Of a DNA stretch of 64,000 nt, positions 12,403 to 25,856 are shown piece after piece. Position numbers and translations under genes: made by a program. A model generated the notes under the pieces. That model saw nothing but the letters and a program-made list of their open reading frames with translations. It was not told the origin of the DNA and ran no database searches. Each line of letters opens with the position of its first letter. Position 1 is the first letter of the stretch. The DNA comes from Tubulanus polymorphus (lineage: Eukaryota; Animalia; Nemertea), in NCBI RefSeq assembly GCF_964204645.1, contig NC_134027.1:13610485-13674484 (forward strand), read 5' to 3'.

Positions 12403-12765
12403 ATGAATAAGGAATTATTTATATTTGAACCTCATAATATGTTAATTTCTGGTGTAACAAATTGTGGAAAAACTTATTTTATATTAAATTTATTAGAAAC
12501 TGTTTATAAAAACTATTTTGATAATATAGTATTATTTTGTCCAACGTATGAATTTAATCAAACTTATGATAGAAATATTACTAGAAATAATAAATTTATT
12601 GTATTAGATCCTAAAACAGTTAAAGAAAATTTAGATAATTGTATTAAAATAGCAATTGATATTTATAAAGGATCAAATACATTATTTATCATAGGTGATT
12701 GCGCAAATTTACATGATTCAAAAGTTAGAGAAAGTGAGTTATGTTATTTAGCTTTTTCTGGAGTA
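12403..12765 (+). pseudogene. A32/FtsK-like packaging ATPase, 3' truncated
   Basis: Walker A ISGVTNCGKT, Walker B-like TLFIIGDC, LAFSG then abrupt switch to LINE sequence. Confidence 0.85.
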
Positions 12766-13910
12766 ACCCGTAGGTTAGGTGAGGATATATGAGGGTATAG
12801 TAAAGTGTAACAAGGTGTTGATAGTCAAGTATGTTCTTGGTTTTGTTCATTATTCCAGTGATCCGAGAGATTTTTTCGTGTATTTTTTCGATGTGTGGTT
12901 TCCAATTGAGATTTTCGTGTATCGTTAGACCTAGGAAGTCTGTTTGCTTTACTCGTTCTATAACGGTATCGCCTAATTTGATGTGAAAATTGTGATGCAA
13001 GAACGGGTTTCTTTGGTAGTTATGAAATATAATGTATTTAGTTTTTGTATGATTAGGTGTTAATCTGTTGGCTCGAAGCCAGTCATTTAATTTTAAGAGA
13101 TCAGTATTTACATTTTGTGCGAGAGTGTTGAGGTTCTTATGAGATGAGATGCAATTTGTGTCGTCTGCGAATAGAATGTAGTTTAAATGGTCAGTACAGC
13201 GGTAAATGTCATTGATATATACGAGGAATAAAAGTGGGCCAAGGATGGAGCCTTGGGGGACGCCTATATTTGTGAAGAGTGTTGAAGAGGTTGAAGATGA
13301 AACGTAGTGTTGCCTGTCAGAAAGATAAGAGGTAAACCAATTTAAGGCTGTTCCTCGAATACCTTAATGTTCAAGCTTTTTGAGTAGAATGTTGTGGTTC
13401 AGGGTGTCGAAAGCTTTGGAGAGGTCTAGAAAAATACCAATGGTCCAATTGTGGTTATCTAAGGAATTTGTAATTCTGTCGATGAGTTCAAGAATGGCAT
13501 GTTCCGTAGAGTGGTTTGGTCGAAATCCATATTGATTTGGGAATATTTGTTTTTCAATGAATTATGAGTTTTTGGTGAACGAGTTTCTCGTATATTTTTG
13601 ATATAGAGTTGAGTAGCGATATTGGTCGATAGTTTTTAACTAGATTCTTCTCATCCTTTTTGTGTAGGGGAATTATTTTGGCTGTTTTAAGATGATTTGG
13701 AATAGGCCTAACCCCTGTTTTGAGAGATTGAATGATAAGGTGTGTGAGAGGACAAGAGATATAGTTAATGATTATTTTTAATGTATGCGTTGAAATGTTA
13801 TCTTGGGCTGCTGAGTACCTTTTTGTTTAAGATTCCTTACAACTTCTATGACATCTTGTTCACAAACTGGTGAGAGGAAGAAATTTGAATTAAGTTTGGG
13901 GACTTTATTT
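12766..13910 (-). mobile_element. LINE (CR1/L2-group) reverse transcriptase fragment
   Basis: Minus strand: [64 protein letters not shown]. Confidence 0.9.
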
Positions 13911-14705
13911 AAGTCCTGGTACACCACCGAACAACCTCGAATGGCCTTAAATAAATGACCCCTACTCTCCACAACCGGAACCTGAATTTTCTGCGATTGA
14001 AAATGCCGCCATTTTGTTTTTGATCTATCACCGAACGCTCCACTGCCGTAGCAAATCGAATCAAAGCGCTTCGATGAGCGATTTTGTCGCGTTGGGTACT
14101 CGCGTTGGCGATTTGCTTAAATAAATTGTCGAACCGATCCGTGTTGATTCGAGTTACTTAAATAAAAACGCCTCTGGTGTGAAAAAATCGCCTCCACAAG
14201 ACTGATCATGTTGATGTCGGGACAGCGGTTCAGTATAAAATGAGAACTGAGATAACCGAAATAGAATTTGTAAAGGTGATCCTGAGCCAACCGATATACG
14301 GTAGACAATTCCAAATCTGTCTTCCACTTTTGAATTTTTTAAGTCGTATACCTTCGTGCGCATGCGTTAGGGTTAGATGAGCCAATCAGAACGCTTCTGA
14401 AAGGAAATCGACCCTTTTGCTTAGGAGGGTGGTTGTGAGTGATACGATATAGTCACAACCGAGTACATAGTCGATGGTGGCGCTGTAAATCAATATGGAG
14501 GCTGTAGATCTACTGGTGAATGAATGGTTGCGATCATCGTCCAGATAAATGTGGGAGAATAACGCGCTCGCTCTCTGCACAGGCCTATTTTCCCCGTTTA
14601 GCTAGCAAATGGTAGGCAATGTCGGATCAACCAAAATAAGGGCACGTGTCTGTCAGTGTCACTCGTCACGCGAACCCGAAACGAAACGGTCTGACTACTA
14701 CAGTA

Positions 14706-17030
14706 CACTATCAGCCCATTGCTGAATTTGAGCTGAAAAAGAGCTGAATTATGAGCGGAAAATGGACTGAAAATGAGCTGGAAATAAGCAGAAAATTGTC
14801 TAGCTGAAAATGAGCTGAAATAAGGAAGAATTTATAAGTGCCTGAAAATTCAGCTAGATTTCAGCTCTAATTACGCCTGGCAACAAAAGGCTGAAAATCA
14901 GCAGAATTTATTGAAACATTTTCTGGCTGAAATTGAGCTGAAAAAGAGCTTAATTTGGTACCCCACAGTGTTCTATTTCAGCTGATTTTCAGCTCAATTT
15001 CAGCCTGAAATTCCTATTACTTTAGAGTTGCATTATCATTAACGAAAAAAACTTCATTGTTCAAAGTTATGTTTGATTAATCCTACTTCAAAGTTCATGG
15101 AAGAAAGGAGTCCAAGATTAATTAGGTATAGTGATACTCCAATATACTTTGTTGATTGCTGCAGGGGAGATACAGGCTGGGAGGTTGGGGGATTGATTCA
15201 GCTCATATGACAAGGGCACCTCATAACTCGTGGAGGGAGCTATAAAATACAGTCCCAATTGACAAGTTATTCGGCCATTTGCTCGGCCAAGCATTGTATC
15301 AGAAAGTTGGTTATTCGGCCGAGTGGTTGATTAATTCGACAATCCACTCAGCCGAGCTAGTAAAAGTTAAGAAGAAGAGCTCTCATCATCAGTTCTACGA
15401 GGGCTTATGTTACGATTATGTTGATCCTGAAGTTATGCAGTCTGCTGTTACTAATACAAGATTACAAATGTGAGAAGATTGTTGAGAAGAAAGTTCTTCC
15501 TGTTAAGGTAAGAACCTTTTAAAGAAATTGCATTCTACATAGGCCTTTATATTCAACTGTCCTGGAATATCATATTCATCAAATGTTACATTAGGCCTAA
15601 TAGGAACTAGCTGTGAATGTGATATTTATTGCTGCACTTTTGTAGTGTAGATATTTTTCAGAGAAAATTTATTCTAATTCATGTTGATCCAATATTGATT
15701 TTCAGGTCAAAGTTGGCTCTGCAACCAAAGTGGCAATAAAAGATGCAAAACTGAGTTTCTACAATGATTGTCAAACTCTTCTATTGAGACTTTCTATGAA
15801 GACGAGTTAGTCAAATTCGCATCGAAAAAGAGACGCCTTGAAACGGACATTATTTCATTGAATTCAACTTCAGGGACACTCGCAGACCAAGCTGAGGAGA
15901 AAAGAGCGCTTTCCCTTCTTACACAATCGAATAGATTATGAAGACGTGCAAAAGATAAAAGCCAGTGAACTGTCTGTTGTGGAAGAAGAAATGAAAACTC
16001 TAAACGCAATTTCACAGATTTGAGCATAGACATTCTAATCGTGAGGATTATCATTGTTACTTTTGTGAATATGAACACAGTGCAGAATAAATATGGGTTT
16101 TTGTTAATACATATGGTTATATGCTTTTGATTTTTGTTTTTAGTTTGAGTAGAAACACCGTGTTGATAATTTATTATAATTGGACCCTAAAATTTAGGTT
16201 ATGATCTAAAAAACCCTAAAAAAGCCCTAAAATTCTGGAAAGACCAATCTGTACGTAGGAACCATGAGACTATCATATACCTGGTGGAGGGCTCCCAATT
16301 CCTTTGCAAGAGGTTTCGGAGTCCTGCGGTAATTTTGAAAATTAAGGTACACTTTTATACAGTTTTAGTGCATATTACAGCTTTAAGAAGTACTGTGGAC
16401 TTTTGTCATAGATCAATGTCAGGTGGAATTTTTCACGTGTGATCAGAAAAGGGGGAAAAATGGAGACCCCCCGAATCCCTTCTGGATCTGTACCTGTGCT
16501 GTTGCTATTGTTTAAAAAATCAGAAAACTAAGGCAGGAAGAGCACGCAAAAATTACATCATAATAGGGATGCCGTGTTACCGTAGTGCGAAATCGAGCCA
16601 ATAAATGGCTTATGATGACAAGCAACACGACGCCTACCGACACAACTGGGTTTATCGCCTACAAGAAGCCACTAGTTGCTGCTCTATCGGTTCAACATAA
16701 GACAGTAAGTTGGGCTGCGATCGCGGTTGCTCGGTAGGCGTCGTTGCTTGTCGACATAAGCCAGCTTTTAAGAAAGCGGCATTCCAGAATAGTTCAGCCT
16801 CAATTTGAAAACGCTAATTAGTCCAAATCGAGGCTGAAAGAATTGTTCTTAATTTTCCGCTCAAAAACAGCTAAGAGAACTCAGCAGAAAATGAGCGGAA
16901 AATAAGCGGAAAGGGGGACACGTTCCGCTCAAATTCAGCTCATTTTCAGTATGCTACAGATGTTAAATTCCGCTCAAATTCAGCTATTTTTCAGCATTGA
17001 ATTTTCCGCACTCTCAAAGGACTGATAGTG
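14706..17030. mobile_element. CACTA/EnSpm-like non-autonomous element with nested fragments
   Basis: Ends CACTATCAGCCC / GGACTGATAGTG; dense subterminal GAGCTGAAA/TTCAGCTC repeats at both ends; flanks GTA/CTA (imperfect TSD). Confidence 0.7.
16606..16762. repeat. Foldback MITE
   Basis: About 32-bp inverted arms GGCTTATG..CAAGCAAC..GACGCCTACCGA / TCGGTAGGCGTCGTTGCTTGTCGACATAAGCC. Confidence 0.7.
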
Positions 17031-18570
17031 CTAATGTCAATCTATTTCAACCTGACTTGAGAGCATTCCGGGTGGCCTAGCTCGCTCATTTTTAGTAGTA
17101 CATACCTGATAAAAGGTCTTAGTAGGACCAGAAAGGACAGGCAGTCGAACTTAAACATCGTTTTTTAATCCATTTGAAACTGTATTGAAGGATATCCAGT
17201 CAACAGCTGCCATTTTGAAAATTACTGGAGGGCGCTGGCACCTGTGGACTTAGTCAGTAACCTGTCTGTGGTTTAGTTTCACAATCGGATATTTTCACAA
17301 ACCACAGTCAGGAATGGGAACGTCATTTTTCGACGAAATCTTTGTGAGTCAATTTGACTCACGAGTAATTTGCCTGGCATTTTCTGGTCTTTTGAGATAT
17401 CCGTCTAATTTTTGTTGTAGGCCTAATCAACGCACAACAGATTCGTAGTTTGTTTGATACCTATAACACCTCACCTGACTATCTTAATCCATGTGCAAAT
17501 TGGCCGTAAAGTGAGAGTAAATTTCCGTCAATTCAACGGCGGCCATTTTTAAAACTTGTGGAGGGTGCTGGCACCTGTTGACTGAGGCTAGGATAACAGC
17601 GCAAACTAACGTAACGAAATGACGAAATTGAAAAAATTAAGAAATCAACACTAATGCACATTTTCCATAATTTATCATTTCGTTATTTATCATAGAAAGC
17701 ATGAAGATTTGAAATATATGTTGGAAAACCATCAAAAATGAAAATTATCGTTTCGTCTTGGAAGTTTTATATAAATTATATGGAGGTCACCTTGTCCATC
17801 ATGCCACATGTATGCAATACAGAGAAATTACCGGTAATTAATTTCTCAAAATAATGTTGATTAATCACTCGAAACATACATAAAATTGGATTATTTCAAA
17901 AGGTAGGCCTACCTGTGTTAGTTACTATCACTAAATGATAATCCAAACAATGATGAATGCTTTTAGGCCTACATGTCTACTAGAAACTGCCATGTATTGC
18001 TATTCAAATCATATTTTTTGCGCTTAGTTGAACGGATGTGGTCCCTTCAACAACGTAGACTTTCAAAATCAAGAGGCATTTTGTCTGAATTCGGATGCCA
18101 AATAGGTATAAAATCAAGTTGAATTGCTCTCGTAGCTTATTTCCTATTCATTTCTATAGACCTCATTTCTGAGTCGTCCCTTTAGTGACATGGTTTTATT
18201 AATAGACATAGTACCACGCGTCCAGCGGAAGCAATGCATACACTGAACAGGTGCGCGAACATCTAAATCATCAATTCTGACTAGATTGAAAAGATTTTTC
18301 CAATTATGAAATCACCTAACCTTATCGTAAACTATTATCTATTATTTAATGTAAATAGTAGAAAATCTTTAAAAAAATGTCCATTACCCTTTAAAGGCCC
18401 CTTGAATAATACCCCTCAAATTTCTTATCAATGGTCTTTCAGGAACCCTGATGGTGTTCTTGGATCATTATTTTTGTCAATCTTCATTTGAATCTATTTC
18501 TATTTTTCAGTCTGCCTATGTGATGGCGCTGAGAAATGCTATGATTATAAAAGTCAACCGCTTTGTGAAT

Positions 18571-21500
18571 ATGAGTAGGATTTTCGGAATTCTTCTATTA
18601 TTCAATATCTGTTTCTCATATGGAGCAACTATTGATGTGCATATCAATGAAGATCAATGGAGGAAGTCTGGCGACGATTGCATATATAGTGTCTTCATTG
18701 GATCTGGATGGACATACCGAATTAGTGATGGCTCCCAGCAACCACAGAGATCTTATCTTATCAAGATGCAGTCAACTGGTGCAATTCTACTTCAGCGATT
18801 TCCTAGTTGTGGAGAGATCATTACTTATAACCCTCTGACTCTGAACGTCAATGCTTCATATATGTCATCCAGTTTTAGTTTATTCAATCTAGATATTTAT
18901 TTACACAAGGATTGTGATGCTGATAACAAGCATCTACTACTGCCCAGCGACCATAGTGAGGGCACTATTATGGTATATACTAGCTATATACAGAGATGTT
19001 ATGTAAAAAATCAGTTATTACTCAACGTTGGTGCATTGATTCCACAATATTTAAGGAAGTGTGTGGATGAGTATGTACTTGAATCAGCCCTTAAAGATTT
19101 TAACATCTACCCTTTAGTTGGTGATTTGGTAACGAATGCAGATATTTGTTTCACAGGAATGGAATTGAATATAACCCTCACTTTACTGGCATCATGTAGT
19201 AATGAAAACAGAGTAATTCGAGTATTTCTCATTTTGAAAGCAATTGGTCAAAGTGAAAATATTAAATCCGAAATTAGAGTTAGACGAGACACATCTGATA
19301 ATCCAACTACACCAAAATTCCAACAAGCTGAATATATCAAGCATGTTGTTGAAGAACAGAACCCGCCAGTTGAAATAACAACAGTAAATGCATTTGATCC
19401 GGATTTGGGCGCTTCTGGACAACTTACTTATTCGATGCTAGCTCTCCGTGAGGGACGATCCCAAAATATGTTTTCGATTAATGAGATAACTGGTCAGATA
19501 AGAACTAGACAACGCTTAGACCGTGAAGATATATCAATTCATTATTTCCAAGTTGAAGTAAAGGATGATGGTAATCCTGTGAAGAAGGATCAGGCTATAT
19601 TGACCATTTATGTTGAGGATATCAATGACTTTGTGCCTAAATTTGAACTTCCATCTTATACATTGAGTATATCTGAAAACACTCAACTTGGAGCAACTGT
19701 TTTAACGGTACGTGCATCAGATAAGGATTCAGGATCAAATGCTGAAATCCGTTATAGCATTCTAAATCCTAATGTTTTGCATGATGACTTTAGTATCAAT
19801 CCTCATAGTGGAAGTATAACAACAAAATCCTTTTTGGATCGTGAAAAAATGGATAAATATATCCTGAAAGTTCAAGCTGCAGATCAGGGGCCACTTTCGA
19901 ACCAACATTCTTCAACAGTTCCTGTAACTATAATGATACTTGATGAAAATGATAATCATCCACAATTTTCGCAAAAGTCATACACAATTGATATAATGGA
20001 AGATATTGATACTACTCACCAGCCTTTAATTGCTTCAGTTTCTGCATTCGACCCTGACAAAGGAATCAATGCACGTGTTAGATATACTATTGTTGGAGGC
20101 AATAGTGATGGTAATTTTCAGATAGATAAGGTCACTGGTCAGATATCACTTCTACATCCTCTTGATTACGAAAATCGGAATGGCCGTGTTTATCGCCTTC
20201 ATATTCGTGCACAAGATGGTGGACAACCACCTCGAACAAATAGTACTACCATTATAGTCAATGTTGTAGATGTTAATGACAATAGCCCACGGTTTTTTCC
20301 AAGTCAATATACAGAGTCCGTTCTTGAAAGTGAGAACCCAGGATTTTCTATTCTGCGTATTCAAGCTTTTGACAGTGACTCTGGAATCAATTCTGAATTA
20401 GTCTATTCTATTCAGAATGCTCCCGATGATATGCCAATTGCTATTAATGGAAAAACAGGATGGATTACCATAAATGGGCACCTTGATCGAGAAATAACCT
20501 CAAAATATAGTTTCAATGTTGAAGCTAAGGATCACGGAACTCCATCGCGTTCGGCTACTGCTGATGTTGAAATTGATGTAATAGACGTTAATGATAATAG
20601 TCCACTTTTTAATCCACGCTATTATGAAGTGGCAACTTCAGAAGAAACTCCCATTGGATCTCCAATTACAGTAGTAACTGCAAGCGATGCTGATTCAATA
20701 GAAAATGCACGAATCGTTTATGCAATTACTGGTGGAAATATTCATAATACCTTTTCAATTATGAGCCAAATGGGTAAGGGCATGATATCATTGTCTCAAA
20801 AATTAAATTACAAGGATCAGAATCAATACATATTAACGGTAACTGCTACAGATCCAGGTGGGCAAACGGATACATGTACTGTTAAGGTTAATGTAACTGA
20901 TGCTAATACATACCGACCTCGATTCCGTGGAACACCTTATGTTGCTCGGGTAAAGGAAAATGTGCCTGTTGGTGCCAGCATCTTCAAAGTTTTAGCTGAA
21001 GATGATGATGCTGGTGAAAATGCGCGAATCAGCTACACCATTAGCGATGATACTGACATATTCCAAATTGATATGAATACTGGTGTCATCAGTACAAAGA
21101 AGTTGTTGGATCGAGAAACTTCACCTGGTTATACCATAGCGGTTATGGCACAGGATCATGGAATACCTAGAAAATCTGATGCAACTGATGTTTTCATACA
21201 AGTTGAAGATGTTAATGATAATGCTCCTGTCTTCGAGAAACAGTCTTATAATGGTTTGATTAATGAAAAAGTTCCAATTGGAACAAGTGTTTTGAAAATT
21301 TCTGCATCGGATCAAGATTCAGGTCAAAATGGAAATATTCATTATACATTCGAAGGGGGTTCCAATGGTAATGGTGACTTCACTCTCGATGGCACATTTG
21401 GAGTCATTAGAACGGCAAATCTTCTCGACCGTGAGACTACATCATTATACCAGTTGATAGCTTTTGCAGTTGATGATGGATTGCAACCAAAATCCACATC

Positions 21501-22099
21501 AGTTTCAATACAAATACGCGTAGAAGATGCAAATGATAATGCCCCACAGTTTGAGTCGCATACAATACAATTCAAAGTCTTGGAGAATAGCCCGATAGGT
21601 ACAGTAGTAGGTGTTGTACATGCAGTTGATCCAGATGAAGGTGAAAATGCAGTTATCAGATATTTCATAGTGGGACAAGATAGTCCTCCAGCATTTTCAC
21701 TCGATAAGTCAGGCGACGATGCAGTAAAGATTATTACAAATGTACATCTCGACTATGAAGGTGGCCCTACTCAATATATCTTTACCTTGCAAGCTTACTC
21801 GGGCACACTGTTGAATAAAGTTCTAATTCATGTTGAAGTTCAGGATGTGAATGACAACAAGCCAGTTCTGCAAAATTTCAGGATAATTTTCAACAACTAT
21901 TTGGATCATTTTCCTGTGAATATCATAGGACATGTACCTGCTTTTGACCCTGATGTTTCAGACAGGCTGATCTATAAGTTTATCTCCGGTAATGAAGCAA
22001 ATGTGCTGCATCTCAATCTAACTACTGGAGCATTGAAATTAAACTACAGACTTAATTCAGATGTACCAAAGCATGGAAAGCTGATCATAATGGTTTCAG
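18571..22099 (+). CDS. Celsr: Celsr/Flamingo first coding exon: signal peptide, prodomain, furin site, cadherin repeats
   Basis: MSRIFGILLLFNICFSYG signal; RVRR; repeated LDRE/DxNDNxP cadherin motifs; IGHVPAFDPDVSD; donor CAG|GTAAGT. Start could be upstream (ORF opens at 18451). Confidence 0.93.
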
Positions 22100-22188
22100 G
22101 TAAGTGCATCAAAAAAATTATTGTTTGGTCCATGGAATCACCATAAAGTCAGATCCATTCAATCCAGATCCAGACATCTTTTAAAATA

Positions 22189-23934
22189 CAGTAAACCTCG
22201 GGTATAACCAGGAATATAGGCCTATGGTCATATCCAAAATATGGTAAACTTGCACACCATAGAAAATTTGTTAGTTCTTAATGTATGCTTTAAACTAGCT
22301 GTATTCTCGACGAGTCAAAATTAAAGCAATGCTGTGATACGGAACGAGCACTGAAGCCAACTTAAGGAACAGGGGGGGGGGGGTTCGGGGCACCCCCCTG
22401 GAAGAATATTATATTTCTAGGTGCTCGGCTGCGTTTTCCCAGCATTTGAGGGCCATCATCAACTAGTTTAAATTTGGTAATTTTTATTTAGCGGTGATCG
22501 TCAGTAGTTTGCTTTAGGCACTTATCTGCTATATATTGATAGGCTTACGTGCATTAAATAGTTCCGTGTTCTCATGTCTTTATCATCTGTCATGGAGCTA
22601 TGAAGTGTGTTTATACAATTATTGATGCACCAGTAATAAAATTGAGCACGTGGACCTGAGAGTCTTAGAAAGCCAGATAAGTAAATAAACTCTCAATCAT
22701 TTTCTTAAGCATGGCGGAATTTTTTTAGCATGGCGTATCTTTCATTTGCAAAGTGGTAAAGTGCAATAGCATGGTGGGCCGCTGTGCTAAAACCCCTCAG
22801 CGAGAACACTGAATAAGGAAATATCCATCTGATGAACATGAGAAATGTTCATGATGTGATAAGCAATATTCCGCGTTTTATGTGTCCAAACAAAAAACTG
22901 TATTGAAATTCTTGTGATTATTATTATAAGGCCATCCCAAATTAAAAGTGTTTGCTGTAACATTGACTCTGGTGAAGCAGAACGGTCTGGTGAAGCAGAT
23001 TTGATTGAAAATGAATTGAGTACCGGTGTGTCAACAAGGCACAAACATTGGCTGTTGAACCAATATTGTTGATTTTTGGTGTCTTGGTTTGGCTTAGCGA
23101 GTCCTCGGGCCCACAAAAATTTCGTAGTGATCGAGTTATTTTTATGGGACTTATTCTTGAAAAACACGTAAACCCCTGCTTTTAAGCACTCAGTAATTGC
23201 ACGTTTTCACATATGAGAATTTGCATGCTTGGAATTGAAATATGTAAAAGTTCAATCCTTCCTGGAAGTGTTGCCGTTTTTTGTGCGACTCACCTGGATG
23301 TGCTTTTTGACTTACAGGCCCTAACTTGATAAACCCCCTAAATTTTCTCCCATTTATCTGAGTTGACCTTGTTACCTGAGCTACATTGAATGTGATTGGC
23401 TGTTTGTTGGATAAACGGGAAATTCCAGGATCTTCTGATGTAATTGGGAAAGCCCATTGGGAAAACCCAATGTGGAACCCAAAACAAAATGGCGAGCATT
23501 TCATTCGACTAGGTATCGTATGTTCGCTTATAATTTGTTTGGTGTTACAAATATAACCGAGTAGGCTATTCAATTCAGTATCCAAACTAGCAAGTATGGC
23601 GATACCAATGGAGTTTTGGCTTAGATTTGTCGTGTCAATGCCTTAAAGACCTGCTAACCTGTACAGTTTAACCGTGGCCGTCGGCTTTTTGTGAACTTTT
23701 TGTTTTACTGCTCTACTCTATTCAATTTTAGTACATTCTTAGTAGAATTTTGAGCGGTGATAAATTAATAATGGATTAAATAGTCCATAGACAATAGCGG
23801 GCAGTGGAATGCTCTCAGCTTTTCATCTAATCAACAGTCAGTTTTTTCAACTGATTTAGATGTGGGAGCTAGTCTACACACATATACCCTTATATATATA
23901 TATGTATATATATATATGCATATATATATGTATA

Positions 23935-24017
<83 letters not shown>

Positions 24018-25430
24018 ATGATAAAATCTGGAAGTTGCGAGTATGATAATATCTTGTATGTATTAATCATGTAATAAGGGGCTAAGAATTAATGAAGTGA
24101 TTAGATTTTGAATAAAAGATGAAGTTTGAAGAGTTTGTTCAGCATATCGTCAGTTGATGGTTATAATTCGGTAATCTTTTCTACATTCGATTGCAATCCA
24201 AATTAGTTTATAGTTAGAATAATATTTTTGACAAAATACACTCAATGATTTGATGGTGAGCCACAGGGCCATTTGACCTTTATCTTGGAAACTGCAAACG
24301 ATTCAACTGCCTGGATTGGTCCTGGACGGCCGTGAAAAGCAGTGAATCTTATAGAAGGGCAGAGAATTTGGGAAAGGGGGATGTGAATCTTAGAAATTGT
24401 TGAATTTATGAAAATAAATTGTCTAACAAATTGAAATAAATAAATCGTCACACCATAAAGATGGAGAGTGTCTATTTGAAAACCCACTTCCATATATATA
24501 TTCATGAGTAATCATCATGCAGTTGTGTGTGATAACAATATGTATAGTGCTTCACGGAGATCATGTCAATAGACAGATTTTCATAAAAACTTCTTGATTC
24601 AATCAATGGGGCATCTTAGGCTTTTTTGATTATTTGGAGCATGGATTCTCTGAAATTCCGCTTGCCAGGGTTTCATAAACCCTGGACACAAACCCTTCAT
24701 TGATCTATTACCCCGTCCAAGATTTCAGCGGCCACTTAGTCTATGAATTAAGCCAATCAGATGCATTGTTTTTCAACGGCAGATTCGCAGATCCCCTGTG
24801 CAACGTTGTCTATTTCCTGATTGTCAAATCGAAGAAAGCGCCACATAGTGGCACGTTGCCAATTCAACGCAAATTTCTCGAGAATTTTTAATGGTACGCT
24901 ATGAGTTTGTGTATGAAATTGACTTCATTGGACTGTTCCCCACGCATACTGCTTGTCAATACTAAATTTAAAACTTTAGTGGTGCAATAGCAGTTACTAG
25001 GCGAAACATCACCTCTCGCAAATTTGCGAGATCAGTCTTTTCAGGGTCATCCCATTCTCTTTCAAAATTGCAAGAGCAGGTTCCTAAGAGGTAACACATG
25101 TTTCTTAAAGAACCGTATTATACATTGTGAGCCATTGACTCCTGAGCCATTGTGAGCTCATGTGTTACACAGTAGAAAGGTAACTACCCTCAAGGCTGTC
25201 ACTTGGGTGCAATTCCAGTGACACAAAGCAACAGGTACAACAGAATTTCTAGCCTTATTTTCCTGTGAATTGCTTATTTTGGTTTGAAATAAGTGCTTAT
25301 AAGTGCTGATTTTGACCATTGTCTTACAACTATTAACCCTGTAATAGATGGGAAATATCGGGACTAGATGAATAACGAGATAAAAGTGACTCTGTGCTAA
25401 ATTCGACAACTCTTTACCCGAGGTTTACTG
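22189..25430. mobile_element. Tc1/mariner-type non-autonomous element with nested debris
   Basis: TIR CAGTAAACCTCGGGTA / TACCCGAGGTTTACTG with TA on both sides. Confidence 0.8.
23891..24013. repeat. (TA)n microsatellite
   Basis: Direct observation. Confidence 0.97.
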
Positions 25431-25856
25431 TATATGTTCCTAGAGCAACTCTGAAATTTCTAAATGATTAAATTAATTATGTTGTTGTTACGTATGTCAA
25501 GTCTCCAATACTGATGATAAGATAGACTAAGGTGTCATAAGCATTCGGTTCATTCATCATTTTAGGTCATCAATAAAATGTATGCTACTAATTTCAAATG
25601 ATATTATAGTAGGATTGCCACAATCTGGTGTGAAGAAAATATAATTAGTTTAGAACCATTATTAAAACCTTAATTAGCTTTAAATATAGAAAGGTGAAAA
25701 AGTTCAAAAGCAAAATTTATCTCAAGGGATGATGTTGAGAACCCTTTTAGGGGGGAACTTATCATCTATTCTTCACGTCAAGAGTGTGGATGGTCTTTAG
25801 AGAGAGTCGAAAATACTGTGGGTTTGAAACTTATTGATTATATTGTACATTTTTAG

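Larger units (their letters stand above)
1..12765 (+). mobile_element. Degraded Maverick/Polinton-type endogenous viral element (left end outside window, right end cut by a LINE)
   Basis: Compact, intronless, very AT-rich block with pPolB, capsid-like genes, rve integrase and A32-like ATPase; many stops and frameshifts; no terminal inverted repeat visible. Confidence 0.92.

Noticed and set aside
14117-14580. Short minus-strand ORFs, one with GIVYRIS resembling a GIY-YIG start
   Set aside because: No YIG or other endonuclease motifs follow; too weak to call
14720-15010. Repeated GAGCTGAAA units resembling an array
   Set aside because: Irregular short subterminal transposon repeats with no repeat-spacer structure, so not CRISPR
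18620-21668. Small alternative-frame and antisense ORFs within the large cadherin exon
   Set aside because: Shadow ORFs of the Celsr coding sequence
22829-22855. CTGATGA followed by a hairpin (possible hammerhead); similar core at 6205
   Set aside because: No GAAA or stem III after the hairpin
23831-24074. ORFs rich in YI/IY repeats
   Set aside because: Translations of the (TA)n microsatellite
22800-24500. Possible L1/Tx1-type retrotransposon remnants on the minus strand
   Set aside because: Only scattered hints such as KFLW; no catalytic motif recovered, so not listed as a feature
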